Assembly (NCBI RefSeq): GCF_001949145.1
Contig: NW_019091360.1
Span: forward strand, 1,609,599-1,673,598
DNA from: Acanthaster planci
Lineage: Eukaryota
DNA length: 64,000 nt
Direction: 5' to 3'
The notes beneath the pieces were generated by a model. That model made no database searches, was not told the DNA's origin, and was given only the letters and a program-made list of their open reading frames with translations. Both the position numbers and the translations under genes were made by a program. Positions 26,862 to 41,000 of this stretch are shown piece by piece (the first letter of the stretch is position 1; each line of letters starts with the position of its first letter).

Positions 26862-27730
26862 CCCTCCGACCGCAGTTGAACCGCTGGACAGGGGACAGAT
26901 CACAGCAAGAAGTCTTGTCATGTGCCTGGGTCTTTGGTTGCCTTTGGTGTGAGCAGAGCAACTCGCCTGGATCAATCCACCCAAGATAGCACGGGCCTGG
27001 GAGCTTAAATGGGATGCACATTACCGGTACATGTAGCTGCGGTTTAGTTGTACCTTAGAGCAATTCCACTCCATCCATGCATTGTCAATGTGTATGCATG
27101 CAAACTGTGTACATGTACAGTACTGGGCAGCTCACACATTGAAACTTAGCACCGGGCCTGTTTTTCATTTGATCCCTTCCGATTGACCGACAGCTATTTT
27201 TCCTCTGGACACGGGCCAAGTTACTCCCCAGATATCGGCCTCCCTTTTTAATGTGGCTTTCATGAGATGTGCAGATAAACTGAATCTTGCAGATTGTTTC
27301 TTCGCCGTCGGAAGATCGCATCGCGCTTGATGTCAAGATTTTACCCCTTCATCTTCACAACAGCAGAGAAATACTCCAATGTTGGGGATTGATGTCTCAA
27401 TTTCCTGTGGGATTTGAAAAGATTCCCATCACTCATCTGTATGGGCTACTTTGGTTCGGTGGGGCTGAGTAACGCAGTCCTTCGAAGAAGCTGGCCGACA
27501 TCAGGCCTTGCGACTTACATGTACTTTCCCCATTCCAAAAACCATAGCCTCAGCCTGTAGGAATCGACCTGAAGCGGAAGACTCTTGGCCTTTGTCGACT
27601 GTATCTCTGGAGGGTTATCACGCAGCGTGTAGCATGACCAGGTGATCGAGCAGAACCCAGGAGGGGGAAAAAGACGTCGTTTGTCTGGTTATGTTTCATC
27701 GGATCAGATCTTGCATCCATCTCCTCCCCG

Positions 27731-27836
27731 ATGTCGTGCTCTGCGGGTGTAGCGCTGGTTGCGGCCGTCCTGACTATTCTCTGTCGGCAATCAGGCTGCG
27801 ATCTCGGATTGACAGGCAGCGCGGATGAAAATGGGG
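27731..27836 (+). CDS. EGFR: Candidate first coding exon (signal peptide) of the EGFR/ErbB gene: MSCSAGVALVAAVLTILCRQSGCDLGLTGSADENG + G
   Basis: ATG with an in-frame upstream stop (TGA 27635-27637); hydrophobic core AGVALVAAVLTILC; strong donor G|GTGAGT at 27837. The exon is 35 codons + 1 nt, so its final G joins TT at 59412 to make GTT (Val) before the first Cys, the same phase-1 junction as vertebrate EGFR exon 1/2. No transcript evidence available. Confidence 0.7.
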
Positions 27837-28951
27837 GTGAGTTTTTTTTTTTTTGGGGGGGGGGTAGGGTTGGGGGGGTGGTGGCTTCAACTTGCATTGA
27901 TTTCCATTCTAGTTTTTATTTTAGTCTTCTGATTTGCCCAGCATTTTGCATCCTCCTGTTCGTTCAGACAAAATACGGATTTAGTGCAGAGGAACGAATG
28001 AGGAAAAGGACAGAGGAAGAGAGAAAAAGCATCAAGTGATTTTTCTTTCAAAGAAGAGCCAGGCATTACACGGAGACAGTATTATGTATCTGGATCATTC
28101 TATAAATTTGGGGTGTCCATGGCATGTCCCGTTTCTGTCCCTGTTGACACCTGAGTATTCTGACAATGGAGGTACCATTGAAATTGACTCCTGAGTATGA
28201 CCTAGAGTATTTGTATTCATATGACAGGTAATTTCCATGACTCAATCACTCGGAGAAATTAAATAATGTGTTTGAAATGTACAAGAGCACAGGGAAAAAA
28301 TTGGACCCCAAATGCATAGAATGACCGTCTCCAAATCGGCATTTACTCTCTGATGGCATTTTAATGTCAGGAATATAACTAGTGTGAAAAAGGAAGCCAT
28401 GATAATATGCCAGGAAAAAGCTTTGTCTTTCCTGTTTAAGATGCCTTTCCCTGTGGTCATAACTTAAATAGGAATGCAGCCGGGATGCTAGTCAACTGAC
28501 ACATGCCTATTTATTGCTACATTATTGTAAATAAATCGATTGTGAGATGGAAACTGAGAGTCTGACCGGCCCCTGACTGACTGGGCGTTATTCGCTAAGA
28601 ACTTCCTCAAAAAAAAAAAGTAGGGCGGTGAAGTTACAGTGTGAAAGGGCCCTGCCGTTTCTAGACTTAGCACAGGTCAGCCGAACTGAAGTGGAAGAGT
28701 TTATTGGGAGTGGTTAAACTTGTTTGCCAACAGATAAACATCTGAATACAGTGTTGCTTCCTTTATCTCCCACAAAAACATCCATAGCTAATGACCTGTT
28801 GGAATAGGTCCTCCCGCACAGGTACATCATGTAGGATGAAACGGTTCATGATGTGAACTTGGGAATGAGTTTTGTGTAGCATTCTACTCCTGAATGTAAG
28901 GAATCTATCTGGCATCTTTTTTTGGTTCCTCTAATAAAAATGCATTTCTTA

Positions 28952-29012
28952 TAAAGCCTAAAACAGTCCTCAGTCCTTCACCCATTGGAGGTTCGAGGAC
29001 TGTTAGGGTTAA
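28952..29012. mobile_element. Tiny hairpin element, possibly piggyBac-derived
   Basis: CCTAAAACAGTCCTC pairs imperfectly with GAGGACTGTTAGG; right end is AGGG-TTAA, left end degenerate. Confidence 0.35.
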
Positions 29013-32000
29013 AGAGTGGAAAATTCTTAGTGCTCTGCCTGACAAGGGTACTGTTTTGTCGCCTCAAGAAGACACAGTTCATCTTGGGTGTTGTGTGTTC
29101 AAATGAGGAGCCCAACCTTTGCCCATGGGAACATATTTGAGAGAAAATGTGGCTCAGTGGTCTGAGGTCAGTAGCTCAAACAACAGCAGTTCACCAGATT
29201 AAGAACAGAATTATTGGAAAAACAGAATATCCAACATTCTGACAGTTTTTTAGTGCAGAGGAAGCAGTCATTGTAGAGGTTTCTGAAACTTTCTTGCTCA
29301 GAGGACGTCACACTTTTGCTTATAAAGATGCACATTTACAACAATGGAATAAAATTAGAAAGGTACTTCAAAACGACGCAACATGCTCCCAGAGGGAAAT
29401 GCTCTTTAAACTGGTGCATCAAAAAATTGATAGTCAGGTGAAATGGGACAAAAAGAGTATTTACAAGAACTGGGTAAAAAAAAAATTTACATTCCCTGGG
29501 GCCCTTGAATGCTTTCGTCAATGCACTGATCCCAGTATAATTCCATTTGCCTTGTTCCTTGGATGTGGACACAAAGATAATAATCCCAGTCGCTTTGACT
29601 CCACAGCAAACAGTATTCACGATTGACACCTCTCGTTCTCTGCCCCTCTGCTGTATCTTCTCAATTTCTGCGAACCGTCAAGGATTCGTGGGATTGACGC
29701 CTGCTTTTTTTTCCTCCTCCGAACGGCCCCATTGTCTGAAAATGAAAAGTCCCCCCCCATCGTTCGCTTGCAGCTGGAAATACGGAGTATAAGTGACATT
29801 TAGAATCTGTTATAATGTCAACTTGGGGAGGGGGAAAAAACAAAGAAACAAGATACCGAGATCCGGCATGGGCTGAAATTTTGAAGTAAGATTAATGACA
29901 GGTTGGTGGATGGTTTTATTGGTTTTTCCCTCTCGATGGGTGAGGAGGAACTGGTGTGGCCGTGGTCTGTTTTTGAAAGGTTGAGCTCCTTGGCTAGATG
30001 AATTCTTTCATTAGAATTTCATCCAACTGCGTGTGACGCGTGTATGTACCTGCAGGTGTGATGTCAAGTTGAGGATTCACTGTGCTTTATTCAAGGCTGT
30101 CCAGGTTTGTTCCAAGTGCCAGCTTGAAAATACATATGTACACTGCACCCACACAGTAAATTTGTCGACAGAGGAACTTTGGTGTGTATTCCTGCTTTCA
30201 TTTTTGCGACGCCCGAGTGGCAGCTGATTCTGTCAGTGGTGTTACAAGGTGGCATTACATAGCATTACATCACACACATCGATAGCTCCCCCCCGTCCCG
30301 TCGTGGAGTTGCACGCTATTATTCAATCAATAAAATCTCAGCACTCAATACTCCGTCATCGCTTGATCAATCAGGTTAATGATTGCTCGGTTTCTTCCGT
30401 TCAGACCATTCCTACCAGCAAGGGAAATAAAAAAGATTGGCTCTGTAGGCATCCACACACAAAAAATAATAAGTTTAGCTGTCTGTTTTGCAAGCCTGCA
30501 ATTGTCCAATCTCTGTCCAATATGATACAGCACATGCAGTAATTTATTGCCAAGTAAAAGGAGTGACCTTTCTAGATATAGGATGTGTGAATTGCCAAAT
30601 TTTCTAGTCATTAACCACAGAAATGTACATGCAAGAAAGTGGTGAAAAATTGTCTCAAAATGAGGTCCTTAAAACTTTCAAACAGTGCCTTTTAAACCGG
30701 GTGGGGGGGAGGAATAAGTCAACCCTACATTACAGATGTACATGTATGCCTTCAGTGCAGAAAAGATGCATTACTCTTGTTGCCAGGGTTGCTTCTCCAT
30801 TTTGAGTTTACGGAAAGATGCCTGTACCATTGGTCTTGTGAACTGAAAGCTCAATGTGGAAACAAAAGCCTGAGTGATTTGGTTCAACAAATAAATAGAA
30901 AGCCAGCCCTAAACACTATCAGTATCCAGAGTCAAGGCCAGGTAACACAATAGGTGGGAACACACCCGGGGACACAAAACCTGAGATGACAAAAGCACTA
31001 TCTGGTGTCAGGCTCAGGGACCTGTGTAGCCTAGGGCCAGGCTGCACATGGTGAAATCCAATTATGAAGATGTGGACTGCTTGATGTTAATTTGAAATAT
31101 GTATCCTTGTCGTGAGGGAGCTGCGAAGCCCTTGTAAGGGTTGCCCGGAGGTCCCTGCACTTTAAAGTTGTATTTGGTTTGCCATGAGAAATCCTAGTTT
31201 GTGAGAATGTTAATAATGGACTACTGTGAATTCCCAAGTTGGTCAAGCCAGAACCGTAATCACACCTTTGTCCAAACATGTCTCAAATACCAAACTGAGG
31301 AGGTCCTGAGTGACATTTTCCATCCTAGCAGTCTTAAAGACAGAAGCATTTTGCAAGCAATTTGGTATTACATATGTCTGAAACCAGACGGAATTTTAGA
31401 AAAATAAGGAAGTCTTTTCAGCTTGATGCAGGAGCAGACAGATTATTTGTAAAAAAAGATTTACAACTTGTGCTTCAGCCTTCTACAATGTCTCTTCTGT
31501 TAAAATGAGTGTCCAAAGTTTGTTCTGCTTTCACCCTCAACAGAGCAGCAAGATATTATGCGGCGATATCGCCGAGAAACAGTGAAGTACTCAGAAGTAC
31601 TTGTGGTCCAGCACAAACTGTAATATACCCACCCTCTATCAGTCATCGGTGGAGTGTGGAAGAGGTTAATGAATCATTGAAACGAATGCTTGTGGTTTGA
31701 ACATGGTCTCAAATGTCGGGTAACATGCACGATCCTTTTTCCCCAAAGCATGTAGCCTGGTCGCTTGGCTGCAGCTTGAAATTATACATGACTCTATCAG
31801 AAGTGGCTGCAGTTCTTGCCATATATATGCGTACAGTTTCTAGCTGCAGCCAAGTCACTCAGACACGACTTGCCTCTAATTTCAATTCAACCATTAAAGT
31901 ATCCTCATTGGGTTGACTTTTGAGAGGATACTATAACAGGAGTGTATGGGTGCACCACACTGAACCTTTGCAAGTTGTCCATAGGTAAAGAAGGTGTTGT

Positions 32001-35000
32001 GCAACGGACCATGGCACACGTACAGTTGCACATTGTCCATTGTATTTGGAAGTTACGTCAGATTCAAGGCTCGTTCAGTTTGTATGTCCTTCTGGACAAC
32101 CAAGTGATGTACCAGCAATTTTTGTGGATGTTAACACTCGAAAGATAAGCGACATCAGTGATTGGGAGATAAAAAGAATGTACCAATCTTTATGCCCCAG
32201 CGGGTAAATTGCTTATCAGTTGTCAGGGATTAGGGTAGCGGTGCCTGTCGTTTATCTCCATTTCCCGGTAATAAAAGACGTTTTGAGTTGCACTGCCAGC
32301 AGAAGTTCATCGATTTCTATTCAAAATTGGCCCAGATCTTTTTACAGACTCACATTCCCAACTGCACACTGTCACCTTCAATTTACCGGGCGCTGACATC
32401 CTGAAAACGGTTCGAATTTGTTGCTTTCTTCTCTGCCTCCTTTCGGGCCGGACTTCAGAAGTTTGATTTCTCACCCGTGGCACAATTGCATCGTCGTCAC
32501 AGCCCTTCCCCCCCTCCCCCTCTGATATTTGCTCTTTTGTTCTTGACTGGCGTCGGTGTGATTACTGTTGGCTGCTGCTCTTTCATCTCTCCCGCTGTGC
32601 TCAGTCATAACCTAATTGGCCGTTGCTGGTTATTTCGCCCAGAGATATTGCCAGCCGATACTGACAAATAATCCGCCGTGCACCACTGACACCGTGATAA
32701 AAATGATTTGAAATTGAATCAACCCATACAAGATATCATTTCACAACAGTCTTTCTCTTAGTCGTCCAGCTGCCATGGTACGCGGAAAAAGTAGCAACTC
32801 CTTTTTTTTTTTTAATTCTAAAATTCCGGTTAAAATGAATGTTTGATCCTTATCTCCCCCTTTTTTCTCTGGTGAATGCCTCTGTTAATCAATTAAAATC
32901 AGTACTTGTAAGAAAGAAATCAGGTTGCTCAAGGGCGTAGGCTGGGTGGGGGGAGGGTGCGGGGTACGAATTCCCTCCAGTAGAAAGGAGTTCTAATTGA
33001 GGTGTTCATATTTTATTTTTTAAACCAAATAGCAGTACGTTATTTATTAGTGTGAAAGTATGTGGGTTTTGATGCACCATGACAGAAAAGTAACATAGCA
33101 AACACATGTATCTGTATGTGCACATGGTTGTACATGTATCTGGGGCAATCTGCTTTTCACGTGCTCACTTGCCTTATTTAAAATAAATGCTGGAAATTGG
33201 AGTTCCGCTTATTGAAATTCCCAACCCCCCCGGGGGCCGGGGCCAATCCAGCCCACACCCATGTTAATCAGTACAGATTGTGGTCACAAACCTGCTGTTG
33301 TTCAAGCCACTGCATGCGCAGTTGGCAGAAAGAGTTTGATAAATATCCCGGTCAGATCATAATTTAAAAAAAAGGTTACTTATTAATGAGAGCCAGTGAA
33401 AAAACAGTCCACCAGAATTCATTGAACATTGATCGGAGCATCTGTGTGTAGGTTAACAAAACAGATCAAAAGCCAATATTCTCTTTAATCTGCAAGATGT
33501 TAAACCCCCCCCCAAATGCCTTTGATCAATACCCACCCACTGCCGATCACGTCCATCAGCAGTCCATCAGTAATCCAGCCGCTTGTACATGTACAGTGTA
33601 CCATACATGCACGTCCGTCCCAACTATTTGATTAATAATCAAATAAATCAAGGCCTGGAGCTGGGACACCATCTGTTCCCGGGGATCACTTCCAAGGGGA
33701 CCAGCTGCCCCTGTACTTGCACATGTAATACTCTCGGGGTGCTTATTGGCTTTCTGTAGCCTCGCTGAGCTGGTAGACACTCGGCAGGATAGTCCCGGGC
33801 TTATTGGCCTCTTCATCAAAGGCTCCTCTTGCGCCAGCCTGGTAAAGCGTCACGTTTCCATATGCCTCTTGTCAGTCTTTTGAAATCACGAAACAATCGA
33901 TTGTTGACGCTTAAGGTCAAATTGATGAAGATATTTACTTCTACACTTTTGACAGCAGTGCATGTGCATCGGAAGGTATTTTAAGCATGAAGAAATGAAT
34001 GCTCAAAATACAATTTACGAGTGCAGTTACTATTTAAAGTACAGGTTTGTAAAAACTTCTTGGGAAGTGAAAAAAAAATTTATAAGTTTGCCAGGCATGA
34101 GAATAATGAAACAAAATCAAAGAAATATTAAAAACACTGAAGAACAGAAAAGGCAAAACAGTGATAAAATGTCTGAAAAACAGAAACGTTTTGGGATTAA
34201 TTGCACTTGAAAACAATGTCCATGACATATTTTAGTTGAAAGATAATTACGTGTCATTGTGTATTCTCTGTCATTTAATATTGAAAAGATGGTGTGTGGG
34301 TCATGCATGACTGATCAGAGACACAGCTGATTGATTCTGTCTTGTCCATATGGGCTTTGTTTCACTAGAACCAGTCGGCAGTGTTGTGTACTTTTGTGTA
34401 GGCTGCCCCTTAGCCAGCAAGTTCACCATAACGTGGCTACATGTATTTGATATTTTGTTTTGTAAGGTATGCTGAAAATACACTTGTTTTTGGCCGGATG
34501 TCTTAGCACTGAAACTTGAAGAAACAATTAATAAAAAAATGTAATCCCTCCAAAGTCGACATTTTTTGTACTTTTATGTATGTGACTGTGGGAAGTCCAC
34601 AATGCTCTATTCCGGGCAGGGTTTGAGTAATTGGAAAGCCATGCACGCTATTCTCAAACAATAAACAGTCCACCGATAAAGACACAAAGAAAGAGATTAG
34701 GCTGATATTTTATTTCATTTTAGGCAGGCAGACAAACAGGGGGTGGCGGTTTTCGCGGCTTAAGGCAGCTGACTCATTCAGGCATTGAGAGCTCTGCATG
34801 AGTAATGTTATCAGCACTGGATGTTGTTTTCAGTCACACTCAACCTGCACAATCGGCCGTGGTGGACAAACATGGTCATTGTGACTCAGTCCTGTTGACT
34901 GCTTGCACTCGGGGCTCATTGTGTAAGGTGTTTCAACATTGACACATTCTTAGCACACAACCGCTAGGACAACCGACAATGTACGGCACACAGCACATGA

Positions 35001-38000
35001 TGGCCAGGTACACAGACCCTCCACCGGTTAATTTACAACTTAGGTGATTTGGGCTGTTGCCGGATGTTTTTAGGCACAGGCTTTAAATCCTGCCTGAGGT
35101 TGTTGCCGTATCCTCTGCAGGCCATTTCAGCAATCTCTCCCTCACTTTTGCAAATGGTGAAAGCAGAGCGAGCCAAAACATTTCAATCCTTCTCCAGAGA
35201 CTCTCGAACTATATAGATTTTTAGGTTGCGAACTGGAAAAGCTTAGGCCTACTGTGTATTTGCTATTTTTTTCGTCCCCTTTGTTCATCTGACGTCACAA
35301 GTTTTGAAGATCCCTGTGGTGTCTTTTTGAGATTGGGACATCGAAGAGGCCAGATATATATAACTTGCCATTCATTTATCAGCCACGGCTTTATGCATTA
35401 TGGCCCCTACGGGGGTTTGCTGTAAAGGCAGGAATGCCCCCTCTGCTCGCAGATGGTGTTTGAGTAATGGTCCCTTGATGCAATCAAGACCAGGCCCGCA
35501 TCCCCCCCCTACACGTACGCACACTGGGGGCAGCCGCCGGTTTAACATAGAAACCCGAGATTGGTTGCCTGATTAGCAGTGGTCCAGCTCTAATCTATCA
35601 CCATCTTGTTTCCATTTGAAGTTGAGTTTTAGTGGGGGGGGGTTGTGTATGTTAGTTATTGCGCTTGTAGCACGGTTTAGACATTACGGCTAGGTGGAAA
35701 ATACATTGATGTTGAAATGATTGATTCGGAACCGATGGAGAATGAATGTGGTTGATGTGAAACTTGAATGAAATGTGCAGGGCTCCAAATTGTAACTTTT
35801 GCAAATTGCCTGCAGCAAATGTCAGAAAATGCCCCTAAAATGGCCCAAAACTGCCACTAAATGTGCGTTTGGTTTTGTTACATTTAGTTGGCTGTCATTA
35901 AAAAAAAAAAACAACTTGATTGAAATGGTACTCCAAAGCAATTACATTCTGGAAAATAAAAAACCTGTCAAATTGTCTCTGACATTTTCCCAGCCTTAGG
36001 TGTATTGTCACCAGAGAGTAAAATGGTACCTCCTCCGTTACGGTCAGAAGAGCTTGACCTTTGAGAGGCTGTGGGAGGAATGATATACATTGCAAATGGC
36101 CTGTCATAATAAAAAGTCTGTCAACCACCATGCTAAAAAAATAGCCATTTGAGGAGCGTTGTTTACAGCGTTTGAAAAATCCCAGTTTCCAGGAAATCAG
36201 TTTGTCCACATGTTTGAAATACGTTTATCTTGAAAGAGCACGATTGTACCAGAAACCCATTGTTGTCAGAAACTCCTGCCAGACTGCCCTGCTTTATTTT
36301 TGCATTCGTTAACCTCTCGGTCTTGATTTATTGATCACCCCTGAATCAGTGTTTGTGAGTACAGCCTTTGTTGATGTTACACTTTCATCGCAGGTTTTTA
36401 CGAGGCCTGTCCGACCGACTTGTCATCTGCATTATTGATCGGAAATCGACTGCTGATGCTGTTGAAATGTTTGAACAGACAAAAATGCATGAACCATGTC
36501 CCAATGTTTAAATGCCACAAGGAATGTTTGGTTTGGGTTGTACAATACTTTTTTTCTTGGGGGGATGTAGATTGATTCAGAAGATGATTGCTTTTGTAAA
36601 AAGGGGTAACTTGCAAGATCTGATTTGTCCAAAGTCTCTTAATTGTTGTACATGTATTTGATGACTGCTGTGTTAGTACATGTACAGTAGCACTGGCGAT
36701 GTTTGATGAGAAATTTGAAATTTTTTTTCTTAATTTCATTTTTCTACAAATCTAAGTGATGGTTTCTTGAGTGCTTATTTCTGATTATTTGGTTTGGGTG
36801 GCTTTGGACAGACTTTGAAAACGAGGGGAACAAGGTTTCTTTTTAGGGGCGGAGCAGGGGGTTGATTGAGTCTTGCAAATGGAGTAAAACTAAAGCCACT
36901 TGGAATGTATTCAGATTGCATATGTATGTACATGTACAGTACCTGTACATGTACATGTACAGGTGCTTGTAATGTATAATGCATGTTTATGAAAGAGTCA
37001 CTGCCTAACAAAAAGGACAACTGATCATCAATGCCAAGAATGTGACATCTTCACCCTGACTTGCTAGGCGGCCGTCCCGAGATGGGCCCTCATCGTGCAG
37101 ATTGACGGCCGGCCTGTTCACCTGACAGTCACGCATCGCCGGCGCAGCACCCCTGATTGGTCCCGGTTGCTGTTTAGCTTGAAATGTCCCAGCGTGATCC
37201 ACAGCAGTGGGTCCCGGTGTGCGACAGTAGGGGAGGTGAACGGCAGTTGCGGTTGGAGAATCGAGGGACGAGGCTAACTTTCCCTTCCCCCCTTACCCGA
37301 CTCCTCCTTGCTCAGTCTCGCGTGCTGAAAGAACGACAGGAATGGGGTTTAAAGATAGAAGATGACCGGGTTTTGAGATGCATTTTGCGTTCTTTGCCTC
37401 TGGTATGACTTGTGCCAAAGTTCCAAATATCTCCCGCTTGGACCCGGTTTATCCTGGCAACATGCCACAGTAAAAGAAACAAATTGGTTGTTAGTAGGTA
37501 AACTGCTCTCTGAATAATCCCCTAACCTTTATTGAAGCCACATCACTTCACAGTGCACCAAGTGCTACCTACATGTACAAGTTTGACTTTCACCCTTCCC
37601 CTACTTTATGTTAAACCCACATGCACCTTCATGTAACCGCATCACATTGGTTGAACAGGGACAAATTGGATGCGTCATTTTCACAGACTCAGTTCATTAC
37701 CGGTGTGTGCTGCTTACAATCCACGAACCCTTCATTACAATGTAGCTTTGATTGTAGGTTTCAGTGTTTCAGTACATTGTGTCGATCTTTGTTATTGTAC
37801 CAATGCTTTGTGTATTAGAAGAGATTGGTTTTTTATCCTAATGTTAATTTACTTTATACTTGTAGTTGGAAGGGAACTTGTGTAGCTTTGAATAACATGT
37901 ACAGAGACCCAGAGAGTGGCCGATCAGTTGTAAGATCTAATCACACTGCTTACGGTTCTGGTACATGTGTGAAATGTGTATGTAGTACAGTTACTCTGTG

Positions 38001-41000
38001 TTCACTTGGCTATTACAGAGAGTACCATACATTTGATTTCATGGCTGAATGTTTGCTGACATACCCCAGTGGTTAGCAAGGATTTCCACAGGGACCCTCA
38101 TAAAAAAAACCCACAACCTCTACTTGCATCCAGACAGGACGCCCAGTGAGAAACTGTACTTTAGGTGCACGGCCTTGTCATATCGATTGCGCGGGGCTGT
38201 GAATAAGCGAAGTAGATCAGGTGGAATTGATGCAGTGCAGTGAGCGTTTGCACCATCAGACAGCAGTAAAAATTGGGCTCGACAAGAAATGATTGTTTGC
38301 CTCCATTACTCTTTCTACGAAAAAATAGCATATTTATTGACCCGCAGACGACTTTGTGCAGATGATAAAGAAATTGTGACAAACCTTTCGATAGTTGGGA
38401 GAAAAAACCCACACATGGTGTCAACGTAAGAAGCTTGAACCCAGCGCGGTAGAGTAAATTGATTGCATGTACGCTTGTAGCTTCATTGAGATGCAAAATA
38501 TCAAATTGTTCAAGCCTGGGCCAGCTCGCTGGGCCGGAGGAAGCCGATCTAAAGTTCATTTTTGGAATTTGCAGCCTGGGCAGAATGCCACCGTGCGCTG
38601 CCGGGCATTCGGTCGGCGTCTGCTCCACTGCCCTTATCCGGCTTAAAGCGTTGTGTTTCCAGGACCGGCCGTTTATCGCATCAGATTCGCCCGGGGTGGA
38701 TTTGGCTGGCCCTCGTTGCCTGTGAAACCCTCCCTCCCCCCCTTTATGGCACATCTTATCTTGAAACACACGTTCTCTACACCTGGCAGTGTGTTTTCTA
38801 GGAGTTATCGGCGCGTGTATATTTTACAAGTATTCTTCCCCCAAGGGGTTGGAAAAAAAACTTACCAAATTATTATTCGGTGAGAGACGGCAGGGGTCAT
38901 CGGAGAATTGTTAGGAGGAGACAGCTGACTGTTAAAGCATTCTAGTACATGTATGTTCACTGCGACACATGGACAAATTATTTGGAACCCTGTCACATTT
39001 CATTTAGCTCTTTCACAACAACATCCATTGACAGCTCGTTTTTTTTCCTCTCCCAAACGCTGGATAGCGAAGCCAAACATTTTAAGCTGCACCGCATCCC
39101 TGGAGCGGAACCTCTTTGTTGTTGAGAAGCAATTGATTAGCTTGTCGTCTGTTCTTATGCTGGGCATTCAACATGGAACAGCGGCTAAAATAACTTTGAA
39201 ATTGACGGAAATCATATGGATCAGTTGGTGCATATTCTCGGGGCTACACACCATCTTCAACAATAAAAAGATCTAATTTTGTGATGTGTGCCAGAGTCTG
39301 ATGTTCCCTGTCCAAGCACTTTTTGTCAGGTTCCTTTTTCATTCAGTCATGGAGGAAGGAGTGATTCAATGAACATGCACATTTTGTTGCAGTTTTTTAA
39401 CCTTTTTAAAATCACAAGCAGTGCTGTAATGCCTGCCACGGACTCAAACTATGAACATTGCACTGTTGGAGGATTAACAGCTTCTAATCATTGGGTTAAC
39501 TTCTGACAACTGTATCAAGTGGGATTTCCCTGTTAACAAGACAGATAGCAATCCGATGAAAGATTTACTTGCCCTATGTTGGTGGGCCACCCACAGTAAA
39601 TCACCCCCTTGACACAACCTGGGCCATTTTCTTGTTATAATATTATTCTAATGGGGTCCAGGCCATGTGCTGTTGTTTATAGAAGTGGAGCTAGACCCAA
39701 CAGCCAACTCTCCCTGTAAATCTGTCATCAGGTCATTCAGCATGTGTGACTATAGGATGTAAGATCAGCTACAGTGGGCCTATGACACAGATCTGTCTGT
39801 GTAAACAATAGCCAAAGGGTTGTCCTGGTGTTGGGTCCTAGAGGTCGTCCTGAGGTCAGTCTGGTCAGGCGGTCTCCCAGTTTATTGTTTTGTTTGGCCT
39901 GCTTGGAGTTTAAACTTGGACATCAAATGCCTTTAAAGTAAGGAGAGAGGGAATTTTTTGAATGTTTCAAATTGGAAAAATGGAAAGACAAATATACAGA
40001 GCTGGACAACTGCCAAAAAGCGTCCAAAAGCATGCAAACAACTCTGTAGACACTGACAACCAAGAAATAACGAAGACGAACAAGAAAGCTTATAAGCTCA
40101 AACTTATAAGCATGGAGCCCTTGATGGGAATTAGGGATGTTGCATAACAATCACAGATCATGTAGCTTTTAATGTCAGAGGACTTGGGAACCTGACCTGG
40201 AAAGAGGTTTCACTACTCAGACAAGAGCAACAACTTTTATCTTGTAATAGGCCCTGTAGATGCGAAGCACATGTGCTGGTGAATGTGGGCAGCAGACTAT
40301 GTCACCGTAAATGTTTATGGTCACTTTACCTCTTTGGTAATTCCATAGAGGTTGTAGCTCTATGGTAATTCGGTCATGCCTGCCTGGTCTGCACTCCGGT
40401 GCTCTTTTGCCTGCTGTAACAGATTGATGCTGCTCGTAAAACTTAATGGCAGGTTGTGGGAGGGAGGGTTAGGCTGGGTTTGCCCCTTGATGGGAAAGAC
40501 AGCCCATGTGCTTTGGTGGCACTGAGATGACATTTGGGGAGGAAGAGTTAATGAGGTATCTCTGATACCGTCTGAGTCCAAGTGTGCTTTATTTGATATG
40601 ATACTAGTTGTTTGGAAGTGAGAGCAAACTTGGGTTTTTTTTCAGCCAATACAATGTCTTCAAGTGACCTTTCAGGGTGTTTCTGAGGAGGTGAGGCATG
40701 GTGTTGGGGGTTTTGACATTCTTGTGAAAAAAAAAAGAAAGAAACTGAATGTCCCTCCCGAATGCTGTGTTTCTCATTATCCCCCCATGCTCCTTTTGAT
40801 GGTAGGGAAGGTCGCCAGCAGCCTCCTGGATAATCTTCCAGCATAAAACAGTCACTCCAAAGTCAACCACTTTTCTGGAATAAAGAAGAATCATTGTAAG
40901 AAAGATGCTGCATATGTCCATCACAGCTATGAGTTTTACCTGCGCCTTCACAACCCTTCCAAAATTGTGGATATTCACACGTGTACCATGCAGTAGTCCT

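Noticed and set aside
32477..32671. Hydrophobic ORF as an alternative signal-peptide exon
   Set aside because: Starts at GTG rather than ATG, and I found no convincing phase-1 donor.
38161..38769. Longest ORF in the track (202 aa, minus strand)
   Set aside because: No recognisable domain, codon bias or splice context; long ORFs are expected by chance in a GC-richer island.
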